From Propionibacteriaceae bacterium (GTDB lineage Bacteria > Actinomycetota > Actinomycetes > Propionibacteriales > Propionibacteriaceae): a stretch of DNA of 51,651 bases. Shown piece after piece: positions 18,001 through 27,993 of this stretch. The number at the start of each line of letters is the position of its first letter. The stretch's first letter is position 1. The stretch spans positions 1-51,651 of the forward strand of contig JADLEH010000148.1 in NCBI GenBank assembly GCA_020846255.1, in the 5' to 3' direction. Position numbers and translations under genes: made by a program. The notes below the pieces were generated by a model. It saw only the letters and a program-made list of their open reading frames with translations. It was not told the DNA's origin and ran no database searches.

Positions 18001-18226
18001 GGTGGTGGACTGGAAGACCGGTGATGCCCGTCGGGCCGATCCACTGCAATTGGCCCTCTATCGACTCGCGTGGGCCGAGCTCAGCGGCCTGGCGCTGGCC
18101 GAAGTTGACGCGGTGTTCTACGACCTGCGCTCCGCCGAGGTCGTCCGCCCGCCCGACCTGCCGGACCGCGCGGGGCTGGAATCCCTGCTCGCCGGGATCC
18201 CCGGCTCGGTTAGCCTGTCGCAGTGA
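15011..18226 (+). CDS. adnB: AdnB helicase-nuclease subunit
   Basis: AGAGSGKT, LLDEYQD, TVHKAKGLEW, YVAVTRAR; C-terminal GRIDAVF..VVDWKTG nuclease. Confidence 0.9.
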   Translation: MRMTEAKQLSQALGIDFSDQQLAAITAPLEPAVIIAGAGSGKTTVMAARVVWLVGSGQVRPEQVLGLTFTRKAAGELGGRVRRALHQAGVLSADAEAGEELILTYDAFAGRLVAEHGLRLGMEGDARMITGAARYRLAARVVANTPGLQYLSRLRPAAVTQRLLELSGELRSHLVDPLQLADQAESFDAAIEAAPRNPRGQVYSALQTARAAAAERLELATLVVRYEELKAELGYVEFADQMAAAARLATEVPAVPAALRSEFAVVLLDEYQDTSAAQATLLRGLFSGPDAGAGRGHPVTAVGDPCQAIYGWRGAAASNILDFARHFPTAAGLPATGYALTVNRRSGQRVLDAANHLAGPVRGEPSLAAHGLDLDLVAPPGTPPGRVEAVAHATWPEEVTAIADRIAELHGTGATGAWSDIAVLARRNSQVADVYTELAARDVPVEIVGLGGLLELPAIADVVATLTLLDDATANPSVLRLLTSPRWAIGIPDLALLGRRARELAAARRTGGPLPAAAEGDTVGAAQRSLAELEAVLSGSDPASVPSLLEAVADPGPLAYRSDARTRFAAFTAELGLLRRHSGDAVTELVQRVITVLGLAVELETVGSGGSAPLATFAQAVADYTDIDAEASLAGLLAYLEAEREFGTGLEQAVVSAADSVKVLTVHKAKGLEWEVVFVPGLAGDVFPTDRVTGNWLRNAASLPYPLRGDAAALPQLARVENAELTAFASALTGQQRLSEDRLAYVAVTRARQLLLVSTHTWAQGLARPREPSDYFAAVAEHAQLVTVAADVPELNPLLGPAATSGWPAVGETPGWVVRREAAGLVRAARGARSESGEYPEVPGLSLDQAQLLAGWRVAAIGLQAAELETARERTSGRLPDYLSVTGIGRLARDPVGYAAELRRPMPRLVSEAQRWGIGFHQWLEDRFRGQSQLIDGDDGAEVAGADFEVLRAGFEAGPYARAVPVAIETPFTLVLGGRLVRGRIDAVFTAEDGRAQVVDWKTGDARRADPLQLALYRLAWAELSGLALAEVDAVFYDLRSAEVVRPPDLPDRAGLESLLAGIPGSVSLSQ

Positions 18227-19077
18227 GCAGCTGGCTGGACGGAAGTGCCCTCGATCGGCAGACCGAGCTGCGCGCCGATGAGGAGTGGGTCCTCGCCGCC
18301 TGGTCCGACAGCGGCGCAGTGCTCCTGCGGGTCGGCGACGCGAGCGTCGAGACCACCCCGACCGGGGCCCTTGCCCTCCGTCCGGTCGAGTCGACGTTCG
18401 ATCCGGAGCTGCACTACCTGCTGGGCAGCATCGATGGCCGGCCGTGGTTCGCAACCAGGGCTGAGGAGGAACTCACCGCCCTGCGCTCGGTGATGGACGA
18501 GCTGTCGGCGGCAAGCCTCCAGGCAGCTTTCACCGCCGTCGGACTGGCCGCCTGGCACGCCAACACGGGTTTCTGCCCGCGCTGCGGGGCTGAGACCCGG
18601 GCCGTCCACGGTGGCCAGTCCCGGCGATGCACCAGTTGCGGGAACGAGCTGTACCCGCGCACCGACCCGGCGGTGATCGTCGCGATGCTCGACCCGGCCG
18701 AGCGGCTGCTGCTCGGCCGGCAGCCCAGCTGGGCCCCCGGACGCTATTCGGTGTTCGCCGGGTTCGCCGAGATCGGGGAATCGCTGGAGCAGGCTGTGCA
18801 CCGCGAGATGGCCGAGGAAGTGGGGCTGGAGCTGACCGGCCTCACCTACCTCGGGTCGCAGCCCTGGCCCTTCCCGCGGTCGTTGATGGTTGGCTTCCTC
18901 GCCCACGCTGCCGACCCGCAGCTGGTTCCGGCTGCCGGTGAGATCGAGGACGCCCGCTGGTTCACCCGCTCGGGTCTGCTGGCAGCCCTGGCCTCCGGGG
19001 AGGTCACGCTGCCGCCCAGCACGTCCATCGCGCGGCGGATGATCGACGACTGGCTCGACGGGCGCCTTCCAGGCTGA
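18223..19077 (+). CDS. nudC: NAD(+)/NADH diphosphatase
   Basis: CPRC..CTSC zinc site, Nudix box GESLEQAVHREMAEEVG, SQPWPFPRS signature. Confidence 0.95.
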   Translation: MSSWLDGSALDRQTELRADEEWVLAAWSDSGAVLLRVGDASVETTPTGALALRPVESTFDPELHYLLGSIDGRPWFATRAEEELTALRSVMDELSAASLQAAFTAVGLAAWHANTGFCPRCGAETRAVHGGQSRRCTSCGNELYPRTDPAVIVAMLDPAERLLLGRQPSWAPGRYSVFAGFAEIGESLEQAVHREMAEEVGLELTGLTYLGSQPWPFPRSLMVGFLAHAADPQLVPAAGEIEDARWFTRSGLLAALASGEVTLPPSTSIARRMIDDWLDGRLPG

Positions 19078-19134
19078 CCGCCACCGGCGGCGCAGCGCCA
19101 CCTGCTGGGGAGCCTCCGACGACTCGCGGCGGCC

Positions 19135-19497
19135 CTAGACTTCGGTGCTGCCCCGGAGGATCGCCGGCATCGCCTTGCCCCTGGCCAGCTCGTCGACGAG
19201 CTTGTCCAGGTAGCGGATCTTCTGCATCAGCGGGTCCTCGATCTCCTCCACCCGGTAGCCGCAGATCATTCCCCTGATCAGGCCTGCGTTGGGGTTCAGC
19301 TGTGGAGCTTCGGCGAAGAAGGTCTCCACGTCGACCCCGGCGGCCAGGGCGCGCTCCAGGCCCGCCGTGTCGTAGCCGGTGAGCCAGGAGATGACCTGGT
19401 CCACCTCGGCTTTGCTGCGGTTCTTCCGCTCCGCCTTCGTGACATAGAGCGGGTAGATGCTGGCGAAGCTGGTGCCGAAGATCCGGTGTCCTGCCAT
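19135..19497 (-). CDS. DUF2200 family protein
   Basis: [15 protein letters not shown]...EVD..I.WLTGY and [15 protein letters not shown]; SD GGGAGG. Confidence 0.85.
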   Translation of the reverse strand: MAGHRIFGTSFASIYPLYVTKAERKNRSKAEVDQVISWLTGYDTAGLERALAAGVDVETFFAEAPQLNPNAGLIRGMICGYRVEEIEDPLMQKIRYLDKLVDELARGKAMPAILRGSTEV

Positions 19498-19564
19498 CGG
19501 CTGCCTCCCTGGTCGTAGTGCTGATGTTGTTCGAAGGTGGTCCGGTTGCCGGGGGCGGCGAACC

Positions 19565-21355
19565 TCAGAGCCGGTCCCGCAGGCCGGAGGCCCGTCGGGC
19601 CTTCTGCCGGACGGCCTTGCGCAAGGACTCCTCCGAGCCGATGAGGGTGACCTGCTGCCTTGCCCGGGTGATGGCCGTGTACAGCAACTCCTGGGTGAGC
19701 AGTGGCGAGTCGGGCGGCGGCAGCACCACCGTGACCCGGTTGAACTGGCTGCCCTGTGCCTTGTGCACGGTCATGGCGTGGATCGTCTGGACGCCTTCCA
19801 GCAGGAACGGGGAAACGGTGTGCACCCGGCGGCCGCGTGCGAAGTGCGCCCTGAGCAGGCCGTCGTGGTTGACCACCACGCCGGTGTCGCCGTTGTAGAG
19901 CCCGAGGTCGGGGGAGTTCTGCGTGACCAGCAGTGGACGGCCCGCGTACCAGGCCAGGGTCGGGTCGAAGTCGTCGAGTTCGCCGGCCAGCCACTCCTCG
20001 ACCTGCCGGGACCACAGGGCGACGCCGTAGGGCCCGCGCCGGTGCGCGCACAGTAGCCGGTGCTCGTCCAGCAGTGTCAGGGCCTCGGCAACCCGCCCGG
20101 TCCGCGCAGCAGCCACCATCGCCAGCCCGGATGCAGTGACCCGCGCCCGCAGGTCGGTCTCCTCGACCGTCGCTGCGAACGTGACCCCCTCTGCCGCCGA
20201 ACCGGCCAGGTGCAGAGCCAGGTCCGCGTCCCCGGAAAGGACGGCTGCGGCGAGTTCGGCGATGGTCCGCACCGAGCGATAGTTGTGCCGCAGCCGCACC
20301 ACCGGACCAGAGTCGGGCAGGCCGACCCCGGCGAGCGAGACCCGGTGGTGCCGCCCCGGCTCGGCGGCCTCGACGATGTCGGCCAGCACAGCCCCGGCCT
20401 CGACGGGGGCCAGCTGGTCCGGGTCCCCGATCAGGACCAGGCGGGCGGTCGGTCGCAGCGCTTCCAGCAGGCGCGCCATCAGGGTCACGTTGACCATGGA
20501 GGCCTCATCGACCACCACGACGTCGTGCGGCAACGGGTTGGTGCGACCGTGCCGGAAGCGGTTGCGGGACTCCGGCACCCAGCCCAGCAGCCGGTGGATG
20601 GTGGTGGCCTCGAGCTGGTCGAGCGGTGCGGCGAGGTCGGGCGGGAGTTCGGCCAGGGCGTCGGCAAGGGCCTCCTGCATCCGCACCGCGGCCTTGCCGG
20701 TGGGGGCGGCCAGGGCGACCAGCGGCGGGGTGGGCAGGGTTCGCCACAGCACCCCGAGCAGCCGCGCCAGGGTGTGGGTCTTGCCGGTACCGGGCCCACC
20801 GGCCACAACGGTGACCCCGGTGAGGGCCGGGACGATGGCGGCTGCGGCCTGGTCGAGGTCTGGGTCGTCGCCGAGCAGTTCGGCCCTTGCGGCGGCGAGA
20901 GCCGCCACGCTCACCGGTTCCGGCGACCTGCCGAAGCGGGCAACGAGTTCGTCCGCGACGACCGACTCCTCCTGCCAGTAGCGCTCCAGGTAGAGCAGGC
21001 GACCGACCAGCCGCAGCGGGCGGTCCCCGCCGCCCTCGGCGCCGACCGTGACCATGGGGCTGGCGCAGATCGAGGCCAGCCACGCCTGGCTCTCCGGCAG
21101 CAGCTCGACGGGCACCCCGACGCTCTCCTCGTCGGTGTCGAGGGTGGTCTGGTCGATCGCGGACAGGTCGAGGCAGGTGGAGCCGGCCCGCAGGGCGCGG
21201 ACGGCGAGAGCCAGCGCGAGCTGGACGGTCTGGTCGCCCTCACCGAAGAGGTGCGCGACCTTCTGCGCGACATGCACGTCACCCCAGGACAGCGCCCCGG
21301 TCGAGTGGACGTCGAGGAGCAGCCCTTGGGTGAGGCTGGTGGCGAGGTCGGTCAT
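19565..21355 (-). CDS. recD: Exodeoxyribonuclease V alpha subunit
   Basis: [55 protein letters not shown]. Confidence 0.93.
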   Translation of the reverse strand: MTDLATSLTQGLLLDVHSTGALSWGDVHVAQKVAHLFGEGDQTVQLALALAVRALRAGSTCLDLSAIDQTTLDTDEESVGVPVELLPESQAWLASICASPMVTVGAEGGGDRPLRLVGRLLYLERYWQEESVVADELVARFGRSPEPVSVAALAAARAELLGDDPDLDQAAAAIVPALTGVTVVAGGPGTGKTHTLARLLGVLWRTLPTPPLVALAAPTGKAAVRMQEALADALAELPPDLAAPLDQLEATTIHRLLGWVPESRNRFRHGRTNPLPHDVVVVDEASMVNVTLMARLLEALRPTARLVLIGDPDQLAPVEAGAVLADIVEAAEPGRHHRVSLAGVGLPDSGPVVRLRHNYRSVRTIAELAAAVLSGDADLALHLAGSAAEGVTFAATVEETDLRARVTASGLAMVAAARTGRVAEALTLLDEHRLLCAHRRGPYGVALWSRQVEEWLAGELDDFDPTLAWYAGRPLLVTQNSPDLGLYNGDTGVVVNHDGLLRAHFARGRRVHTVSPFLLEGVQTIHAMTVHKAQGSQFNRVTVVLPPPDSPLLTQELLYTAITRARQQVTLIGSEESLRKAVRQKARRASGLRDRL

Positions 21356-24300
21356 CGTTGCCCCCCATCGGCCAGCAGGTCGGAGAGCGCGGTCACCAGT
21401 CCGGCCGGCGGGTACCAGCTGAACACCCCGGTGCGGGCGCCGGCGGTTCGGCCACCCATGCCGCGGACGAAGAGGTAGCCGACGCCCCCGAGGTGGCTTC
21501 GCGGGTCGTAGTCGGGCAACCGCGCGGCCAGGAAGCGGTGCAGCGCGACGCAGTAGAGGATCGCCTGCAGCGGGTAGTGGGTGCGGACCATCTCGGCCAC
21601 CATCGCCGGCTGCGCGTAGTGGTCGAGAGTCAGCTCCGCCGGTCCCAGCCGGTTGGTCTTGTAGTCGACCACGACGAAGCGCGGACCGGCGGCTGAGTGG
21701 ATCCGCAGCACCGAGTCGATGCTTCCGGTCAGGAACCCGCGCAGGGCCTGCCCGGCGAGTTGCGGCCAGGCCAGCTCCTCCGGGTAGCCGGCCAGCGGAT
21801 CATCAGCCGGGAGCCAGCTGCCGAGCAGGTCGGCCACCTCGCGCAACGTCGTCCGGGAGGTCGAGGTGCCGAGCGCGAACTCGAAGTTGAGTTCGCTCAA
21901 CCGATCGGCGACGGGGATGCCGGCGAGCGGCAGGCCATCGGTCAGCCGGCCGAGCGGGGTCACCAGGCTGGGCAACATGGCCAGGCCGAGCGCCGCCGGC
22001 GTGACCCCGGGTACGGGGTAGCGCTCGGCAGCGGCTGTCGTTGCGGTCAGCAGCCGCGACTGGAGCGCTGGTTCGTCGTCGGGGGTCGGGGCGTACCAGT
22101 CCAGGTTCTCCAGCACCTGGTGGACCAGGCTGCCGAACGCCGCGCCGCCGGGCAGCTCGGCCATCGGCGAGGGCACCCCGGTTCCGGCGCCGATGACCAG
22201 GGTCGCTGCTGCCGGCTCGTCGTCCACCACGGGTTCTGAGGTCAGCGCCAGTGGCGGCCGGGAGTGGACGGCCTCGGTCAGGCCGGAGTAGGACGTGCGC
22301 CGCCAGAGCTGGTCGACCGCCCGGTCGAACGAGGCCAGTTGCAGCCGCTCGGGCCGGTCACCGATGGGGGCGAGCCGTGTCCGGGTCGCCGGCAGGCAGT
22401 CCTCCACCTGGATGCCGGCCTCGGCCAGCCATCCGAGCTGGCCCGGGTGCCCGTCCCCGGGCGGGGCGTCGAGGGGATAGCTGGGTTCGGGTGGCCCGAT
22501 CCGGTCCCGGCGCCGGAACAGCATCCGGTGCAGCGGCGCAGCCTCCGTGGTCGCCCGGGTGCGTGCCCACCACATGGTCAGCTGCGACTGGGCCCGGGTG
22601 ACCGCAACGTACAGGCTGCGCAGCCGGTCCTCCGCCTGCTCGGCCGCGTGCTCGCGGAGCCGGTCGGCGCGGCCACGCGCGTCCCTGCCGCCGAGGTCGA
22701 GAACCCGCCGGCCGCCGGCGTGGAAGGCCAGGCAGTTGTCCTCGTCCTCGTCGGGTACCCACAGGTCGGCCGCCTCGGGCAGCAGTACCACCGGGAACTG
22801 CAGCCCCTTCGCCTTGTGGACCGTCATGATCTGGACCGCGTGCCGGTCGGTCTCCAGCCGTCGGAGCCGGTCGGAGGTGGCCGAACCGCGCTCCACCGCC
22901 TCCTCGAGCCAGGCGACCAGGGCCTGACCGCGGAGGCCGTCGGTGTGCTGGGCGTGCAGGATCTCGGCGAGGTGCCGGTAGTCGGTCAGGTCGCGCTCGC
23001 CCCTTGGTCGGCGCAGCACCCGCTCGGCGAGGCTGCTGCCGCCGGGAGCGTTCGCTGCCTGGACTGCGGCGAAGAGGGCCGCGACACCCTGGCCGGACAG
23101 CACGCGTGACCAGCCCTGCAGGGTGCCGGCCCAGGCGGTGAACTGTTCCTCGTCCGCCGTCGCCAGCCCGGTCAGGTCACCGCCGACGAAGTCGGTGAGG
23201 ATGGCGGCGCGCACGGCAGCCCGTCGGGGCTGCTCGAGGGCCCGCAACAGCACCAGCCAGTCCCGCGCAGCGGGGGTGGCGAAGATGGAGTCGGCTCCGG
23301 AGAACGCCACCGGCACGCCGGCGCCGGTGAGGGCTGCTGCCACCTGGCGGCCGCGCTGGTTGGTGCTCACCAGGATCGCCACATCCCTGGCCAGCAGCTC
23401 CCGCTCGGTACCCGCGTCGACCACCCGGACGCCGCCGTTCAGCAGCCCGATCAGCTCGATGGTGAGGTCTTGGATGATCCGGGTGCGGGCCTCAGCCGCC
23501 CGGACCGGCTCGTCACCGGGGACGCAACGCAGCCGCACGGGGGCCCGCCACGGCGACCCGTCGGCGGTCACCAGCCGGGACGTGGTGTGGCTGGCGGTCA
23601 CCGGCGGCACGCCGATGCCCTCGCCGAGCGTCGCGTTGTGGAACAAGGCGTTCACGGCAGTGACGACGCCGGCGTCGGCGCGATGGTTCTCGACGAGCGA
23701 GTACTGCTCCCCGGCAGCCCTGACCGCATCGGTGTAGGCCACCACGTCGGCGCCCCGGAAGGCGTAGATCGACTGCTTCGGGTCGCCGATCAGCACCAGG
23801 GGCACCTGCCCGTGGAAGGCCGCGCGCAGGATCTCCCACTGCACCGGGTCGGTGTCCTGGAACTCGTCGACCAGCACCACCTCGCAGCGACGACGCAGCC
23901 GGCCGAGCCGGGCCTCCGGTGAGCCGCCGCGGAGCGAGTCCCGCAGCCGCAGCAACTGGTCGTCGAAGGAGTAGACCCCGAGGCGCAGCTTGCGTTCGGC
24001 CAGCTCGGCGCGCACGGCAGCGGCGAAGGCGAGTCGCTCGGCCTGTCGCTCGGTGAGACCGTCGGTCGGAACCAGCGGGGCGTCGGGGAGTTCGACGGCC
24101 TTCCGGGCGAGCTTCCTTGCCGTGGCCAGGTCGAAGGGCGGGCCCTGCGGGTGCCGGGCGTAGCGGGCCAGGTAGAGGTCGTCGACCACCTGGTCGGTGG
24201 TCAGCGACAGGTCCTCCACCAGGGTGGACTGCGGGTCCTGCTCGGCCAGCACCCCGAGCTCGTCGAGCATGGCCTGGCAGAACTGGTGGATGGTCATGAT

Positions 24301-24660
24301 GCTGGCGGCGTCGAGGCCGGCGATGGCCCGCCGCAGGTTGCCGAGGCGTGCCTCGACCTCGGCCCTCGAGCCGGTGAGCAGCAGTTGGTCGGTCTCGTCG
24401 GGATCGAGCTCCAGGGTGCCGGCCAGGCTCCTGGTGAGGGTGTCCAGGGTGCTCCGCATCCGGTCCCGCACGCGGGAGCGCAACTCGGCCGAGGCGATGC
24501 GGCTGAAGCTGATCACCGCCAGCCGGTCAGCTGCCACCAGCCCGTCGGCCAGGTATCTGGTGGCCAGGGCTGCGATCGCATGCGTCTTGCCGGTGCCGGC
24601 GCTCGCCTCGAGCACTGCTGTGCCGCTGGGCAGCGGGCCGGCCGGGTCGAAGCGGTTCAT
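21352..24660 (-). CDS. recB: Exodeoxyribonuclease V beta subunit
   Basis: LEASAGTGKT, VDEFQDTD, WRRTSYSGL; nuclease GSIDSVL..VVDYKTN; ATGA-coupled to recC and recD. Confidence 0.93.
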   Translation of the reverse strand: MNRFDPAGPLPSGTAVLEASAGTGKTHAIAALATRYLADGLVAADRLAVISFSRIASAELRSRVRDRMRSTLDTLTRSLAGTLELDPDETDQLLLTGSRAEVEARLGNLRRAIAGLDAASIMTIHQFCQAMLDELGVLAEQDPQSTLVEDLSLTTDQVVDDLYLARYARHPQGPPFDLATARKLARKAVELPDAPLVPTDGLTERQAERLAFAAAVRAELAERKLRLGVYSFDDQLLRLRDSLRGGSPEARLGRLRRRCEVVLVDEFQDTDPVQWEILRAAFHGQVPLVLIGDPKQSIYAFRGADVVAYTDAVRAAGEQYSLVENHRADAGVVTAVNALFHNATLGEGIGVPPVTASHTTSRLVTADGSPWRAPVRLRCVPGDEPVRAAEARTRIIQDLTIELIGLLNGGVRVVDAGTERELLARDVAILVSTNQRGRQVAAALTGAGVPVAFSGADSIFATPAARDWLVLLRALEQPRRAAVRAAILTDFVGGDLTGLATADEEQFTAWAGTLQGWSRVLSGQGVAALFAAVQAANAPGGSSLAERVLRRPRGERDLTDYRHLAEILHAQHTDGLRGQALVAWLEEAVERGSATSDRLRRLETDRHAVQIMTVHKAKGLQFPVVLLPEAADLWVPDEDEDNCLAFHAGGRRVLDLGGRDARGRADRLREHAAEQAEDRLRSLYVAVTRAQSQLTMWWARTRATTEAAPLHRMLFRRRDRIGPPEPSYPLDAPPGDGHPGQLGWLAEAGIQVEDCLPATRTRLAPIGDRPERLQLASFDRAVDQLWRRTSYSGLTEAVHSRPPLALTSEPVVDDEPAAATLVIGAGTGVPSPMAELPGGAAFGSLVHQVLENLDWYAPTPDDEPALQSRLLTATTAAAERYPVPGVTPAALGLAMLPSLVTPLGRLTDGLPLAGIPVADRLSELNFEFALGTSTSRTTLREVADLLGSWLPADDPLAGYPEELAWPQLAGQALRGFLTGSIDSVLRIHSAAGPRFVVVDYKTNRLGPAELTLDHYAQPAMVAEMVRTHYPLQAILYCVALHRFLAARLPDYDPRSHLGGVGYLFVRGMGGRTAGARTGVFSWYPPAGLVTALSDLLADGGQR

Positions 24661-27600
24661 GCCGGCACCTCAGCTGCCAGCAGCGGTGCCCAGATCGCGG
24701 TGGCTAGTGCGCCCACCAGGCTGGCCTCCCGCGGGTCGGCGTCCGGCACGGCTGTGCCTGCGGCCGGCAGCTCCAGCAGGGCGGGGAAACTGAAGAAGGT
24801 GCGCCAGTACGCGTCGGACTCCCAGTCCCAGCAGCGCTCGAGGTTCTTCCGGCTGACCAGCGGATCGCCAGGGTCGCGCTGGCTGACCCGGTAGCCGGCC
24901 CAGGCTGCGCCGACGCGGGGCAGCGCAGGCAGCGGCCCGGTCATGCCGAGGGCGTACAGGGCCAGGTAGCGCCCCAACAGGCCGAGGGCCGCAGCCTGCG
25001 GTGGTGCCACCAGGACACTCGCCCGACCCTTCCCGATCACCCGGGCCTGCCACTGGCCCGGCTCGGCGGCCGCCAGCAGCAGCAGGCGCAGCCAGGCAGC
25101 CAGCCGGTGGCGGGGCTGCAGGCTGGAGAACTCCACCTGCAGCAGTTCCCGGTCATGGCTGATCACCCGCCCCACCAGCGGCACCAGGCCGTGGCCGGGC
25201 ACTGGAACGTTGAGGGCCAGGTCGTGCAGCGTGGGCTCGGGCAGCTCGGCCGGCATTTCGCGGACCGACCGGCGGGCCTCGGTGAGGACGCCTTCGAGCA
25301 GTGCACTTCCGAGCTCGAAGGGCGGCACCTCGCCGCGCAGCCATTCGGCCCGCTTCACCGCCTGCTCGTCGTCGCCGGCCCGCAGCCGGGCGAGCACCCG
25401 GTTGCCGATCTGCCAGCGGGCCAGGTGGTCCGGCTCGATCGGGATCGCATCCGTTGGCTGCGGTTCGTCGCCGAGGCTGATCCCTGTCCGGCCGCGCAGC
25501 AGGGCCCGAGCGGGATGGTTGAAGAAGCCGGTCAGTTCCTCAAGGCTGACCCCACCGGCCAGGTCCTTGGCCGGCAACGTGCCCAGCCGCTCCTCGGGTC
25601 CGGGCTCGACCGGCTCGGCGAGCGTAGCGGCGGCCGCGCGGAAGGCGAGCGGGTCGGCGCTGCCGAGCTCGGGGAAGGCCGGATCGAAGTAGCGGGTGTC
25701 GAACGGCTGCAGCGGGTGCTGGACGGTGACGGCTGCACCCGCCCCCGTGCCGTCGCCCGCGGTGGCGGTCTGGTCGAGGGCCTCGACCAGCTCGGCCAGC
25801 GGCGCGGCCAGCGGGACCGGCTCGTTGGTGGCCTCGCTGCGGCCCTGGGCAACGACCACGAGTCGCTCGCGCGCGGCGTGGACGGCATCAAGCAGGACCT
25901 GCCGGTCCTCGAGGGCGGCCGAGGGGTCACCGACGAGGGGCTCGATCCCGAGCAGGTCGTCGCCGTGACGACGCCCGGAGCGCGGGTACCGGTCGGCGTC
26001 CCACCCCAGCAGCACGACCACCCGGTGCGGGACATGGCGCAGCGACGAGAGCCCCGCGACGACCAGCGAACCGTTGCCGAAGGCGCCACGGGCCGGTGCG
26101 CCCGCGAACTCCTGCTCGATCGCCCGCACTGCGGCGTGGCGACCGATCAGGGCCTCGGCGGCCCTGCCGCCGTGCTCGGCCACCCTTGAGAGCCCGGCCC
26201 AGACGTCACCGAGCTGCCACTCCTGGTCGTGGGGCAGGCTGACCAGCGACGTCAGGCCGGCGCGGCAGCGGTCGGCCCACTGGGCGAGGGTGGCCGGACG
26301 GCCGAGTTCGGCCAGCAGCCTGGACAGTCTCCCGACGAGTTCGGTCAGGCCGCCGACCAGTTCCACGTCGGACGACTCGACGTCGTCGAGGGGCAGGACG
26401 GTACCCGCGGAGATCAGGTCGGTCTCGGCGAGGGTGACCCCGAGCAGCATCCGCTGGATCCCGGCGAACCACGTGTTCTGCGGGAAGCCCTTGAGTCCGT
26501 AACCGTCCCGATGGGCCGCGGAGAGTCCCCACCGGATGCCGGCCCGTTCGACCAGCTCGACCAGGCGCTCCCGGGACTCCGCCGTGAAGCCGAAGCGCTG
26601 CGCCACGCCCGGGCGGGCGCACAGTTCCAGCAAGGTCGAGGCCTCGACGCGGCCGTCGGGAAGCCGGAGCAGGTCGAGCAGGAGGGTGACCATCGGGTTC
26701 ACCTGCGCGATCGAGCGGTCCGCCACCTGCACGCGGAACCGCTGGGCGGGGTGCACGGCCGCGCCGGCCGGGGGAGTGAAGGCAGCTCCCACCAGCGGGG
26801 CGAAGTCGTCGACGTGCGGGGTGAGTACCACCACGTCCCTCGGCTCAAGGGTCCGGTCGTCGGTCAGCAGCCCGGTGAGCACCTCCCGGAGCACCTCGAC
26901 CTGCCGGTCCGGACCGTGCGACAGGTGCACGCGGACCGAGGAGTCGGAAGGTGCCAGCTGCCGCGGCAGTGGCCTGCGGTCGGCGCGCAGGTCGGACTGC
27001 AGCCAGCCGAGCAGCGTGTCCGGGACGGCCGGGGCATCGGTCGTCGGCGGGACCGGCAGCAGCCTGGCGGTCTCGTCCGCGACCAAAGCCAGTGCCTCGT
27101 TCAGCGGGTGCCCGGGGAGCCGGCTCACCTCCGCCCGGCGCAGGCCGGCGCTCGCCGGGCCGGACCAACGGGCCGGGGCCGGCGTGAGCAGCAGGAGGTC
27201 GACCCGGTGGTGGCGGTCGAGCGCGCCCAGCAGGTCGAGGCTCGAGGGGTCCAGGTTCCGCGGGGCCAGCACCGCCACCCGGGCAGGCAGTCCAGGTACT
27301 GCGGCAGCGGCCAGGCGTTCCAGCAGGTCCGCCCGCCGTCGAAGCGGGTCCCCGCCGAGTTCTGCGACCAGCAGCCGCCACAGGTGCGCCTGCCAGGCGT
27401 TCTCCGCGAGTGGGCCGCCGTCGGGGCCGGTGTCGGCGCCGGCGCTCCAGGCCTCGAGCATCGCCGGTCGGTACCTGGCGTAGGCGGCGTACTGGCGCGC
27501 GATCCGGTGGCTGGCCGTGAACCCCTCCCTTGAGGCGGCGAGGTGGCGCTGCAGCACTTCCAGCCCCGGATCGACGGCCGAGCCGGCGACCTGCTGGATG

Positions 27601-27863
27601 AGCCAGGCGAGGCGCTCCGGACGCCACGGGTCGTCCGGCCCCACCAGCCGGCGCTCGAGGGCTGCCAGGGAGGTGAAGTCGACACCGGCGCAGATGCCGG
27701 GCTCGGTGGCGGCAGTGGCCAGCCGCTGGGACAGCCAGCGCTGGAAGCCGGCACCCGGCACGACGGCCAGGTCGAAGTCGAACGCGTCCGCACGGGGTTC
27801 GGACCACAACGCCACCAGCAGCTCGACCAGCTGGTCGGCGGTGCGCGCGTGATGGAACTGCAT
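24657..27863 (-). CDS. recC: Exodeoxyribonuclease V gamma subunit
   Basis: Start MQFHHART; RWLSQRLA..GICAG, HGPDRQVEVLRE, HPLQPFD RecC motifs. Confidence 0.9.
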   Translation of the reverse strand: MQFHHARTADQLVELLVALWSEPRADAFDFDLAVVPGAGFQRWLSQRLATAATEPGICAGVDFTSLAALERRLVGPDDPWRPERLAWLIQQVAGSAVDPGLEVLQRHLAASREGFTASHRIARQYAAYARYRPAMLEAWSAGADTGPDGGPLAENAWQAHLWRLLVAELGGDPLRRRADLLERLAAAAVPGLPARVAVLAPRNLDPSSLDLLGALDRHHRVDLLLLTPAPARWSGPASAGLRRAEVSRLPGHPLNEALALVADETARLLPVPPTTDAPAVPDTLLGWLQSDLRADRRPLPRQLAPSDSSVRVHLSHGPDRQVEVLREVLTGLLTDDRTLEPRDVVVLTPHVDDFAPLVGAAFTPPAGAAVHPAQRFRVQVADRSIAQVNPMVTLLLDLLRLPDGRVEASTLLELCARPGVAQRFGFTAESRERLVELVERAGIRWGLSAAHRDGYGLKGFPQNTWFAGIQRMLLGVTLAETDLISAGTVLPLDDVESSDVELVGGLTELVGRLSRLLAELGRPATLAQWADRCRAGLTSLVSLPHDQEWQLGDVWAGLSRVAEHGGRAAEALIGRHAAVRAIEQEFAGAPARGAFGNGSLVVAGLSSLRHVPHRVVVLLGWDADRYPRSGRRHGDDLLGIEPLVGDPSAALEDRQVLLDAVHAARERLVVVAQGRSEATNEPVPLAAPLAELVEALDQTATAGDGTGAGAAVTVQHPLQPFDTRYFDPAFPELGSADPLAFRAAAATLAEPVEPGPEERLGTLPAKDLAGGVSLEELTGFFNHPARALLRGRTGISLGDEPQPTDAIPIEPDHLARWQIGNRVLARLRAGDDEQAVKRAEWLRGEVPPFELGSALLEGVLTEARRSVREMPAELPEPTLHDLALNVPVPGHGLVPLVGRVISHDRELLQVEFSSLQPRHRLAAWLRLLLLAAAEPGQWQARVIGKGRASVLVAPPQAAALGLLGRYLALYALGMTGPLPALPRVGAAWAGYRVSQRDPGDPLVSRKNLERCWDWESDAYWRTFFSFPALLELPAAGTAVPDADPREASLVGALATAIWAPLLAAEVPA

Positions 27864-27872
27864 GATTTGCTC

Positions 27873-27894
27873 AGAGTAGATGACGGTTCGGACA
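27873..27894 (-). promoter_or_regulatory. RecA-NDp/PafBC-like promoter for recCBD
   Basis: Minus strand TGTCCG-N10-TACTCT, 9 nt before the recC ATG. Confidence 0.65.
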
Positions 27895-27963
27895 CTCGTG
27901 GCCGAGGTGCCGGTGCAGGTGCCCGGCGGTGGGCCGGGTTGCCGGGCAGGCTGGTGAGGGCTT

Positions 27964-27985
27964 CGTCGGCGGCAGTCCCTACAGT
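27964..27985 (+). promoter_or_regulatory. RecA-NDp/PafBC-like promoter for uvrD2
   Basis: CGTCGG-N10-TACAGT, 8 nt before the GTG at 27994. Confidence 0.6.
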
Positions 27986-27993
27986 GGGTTCCC

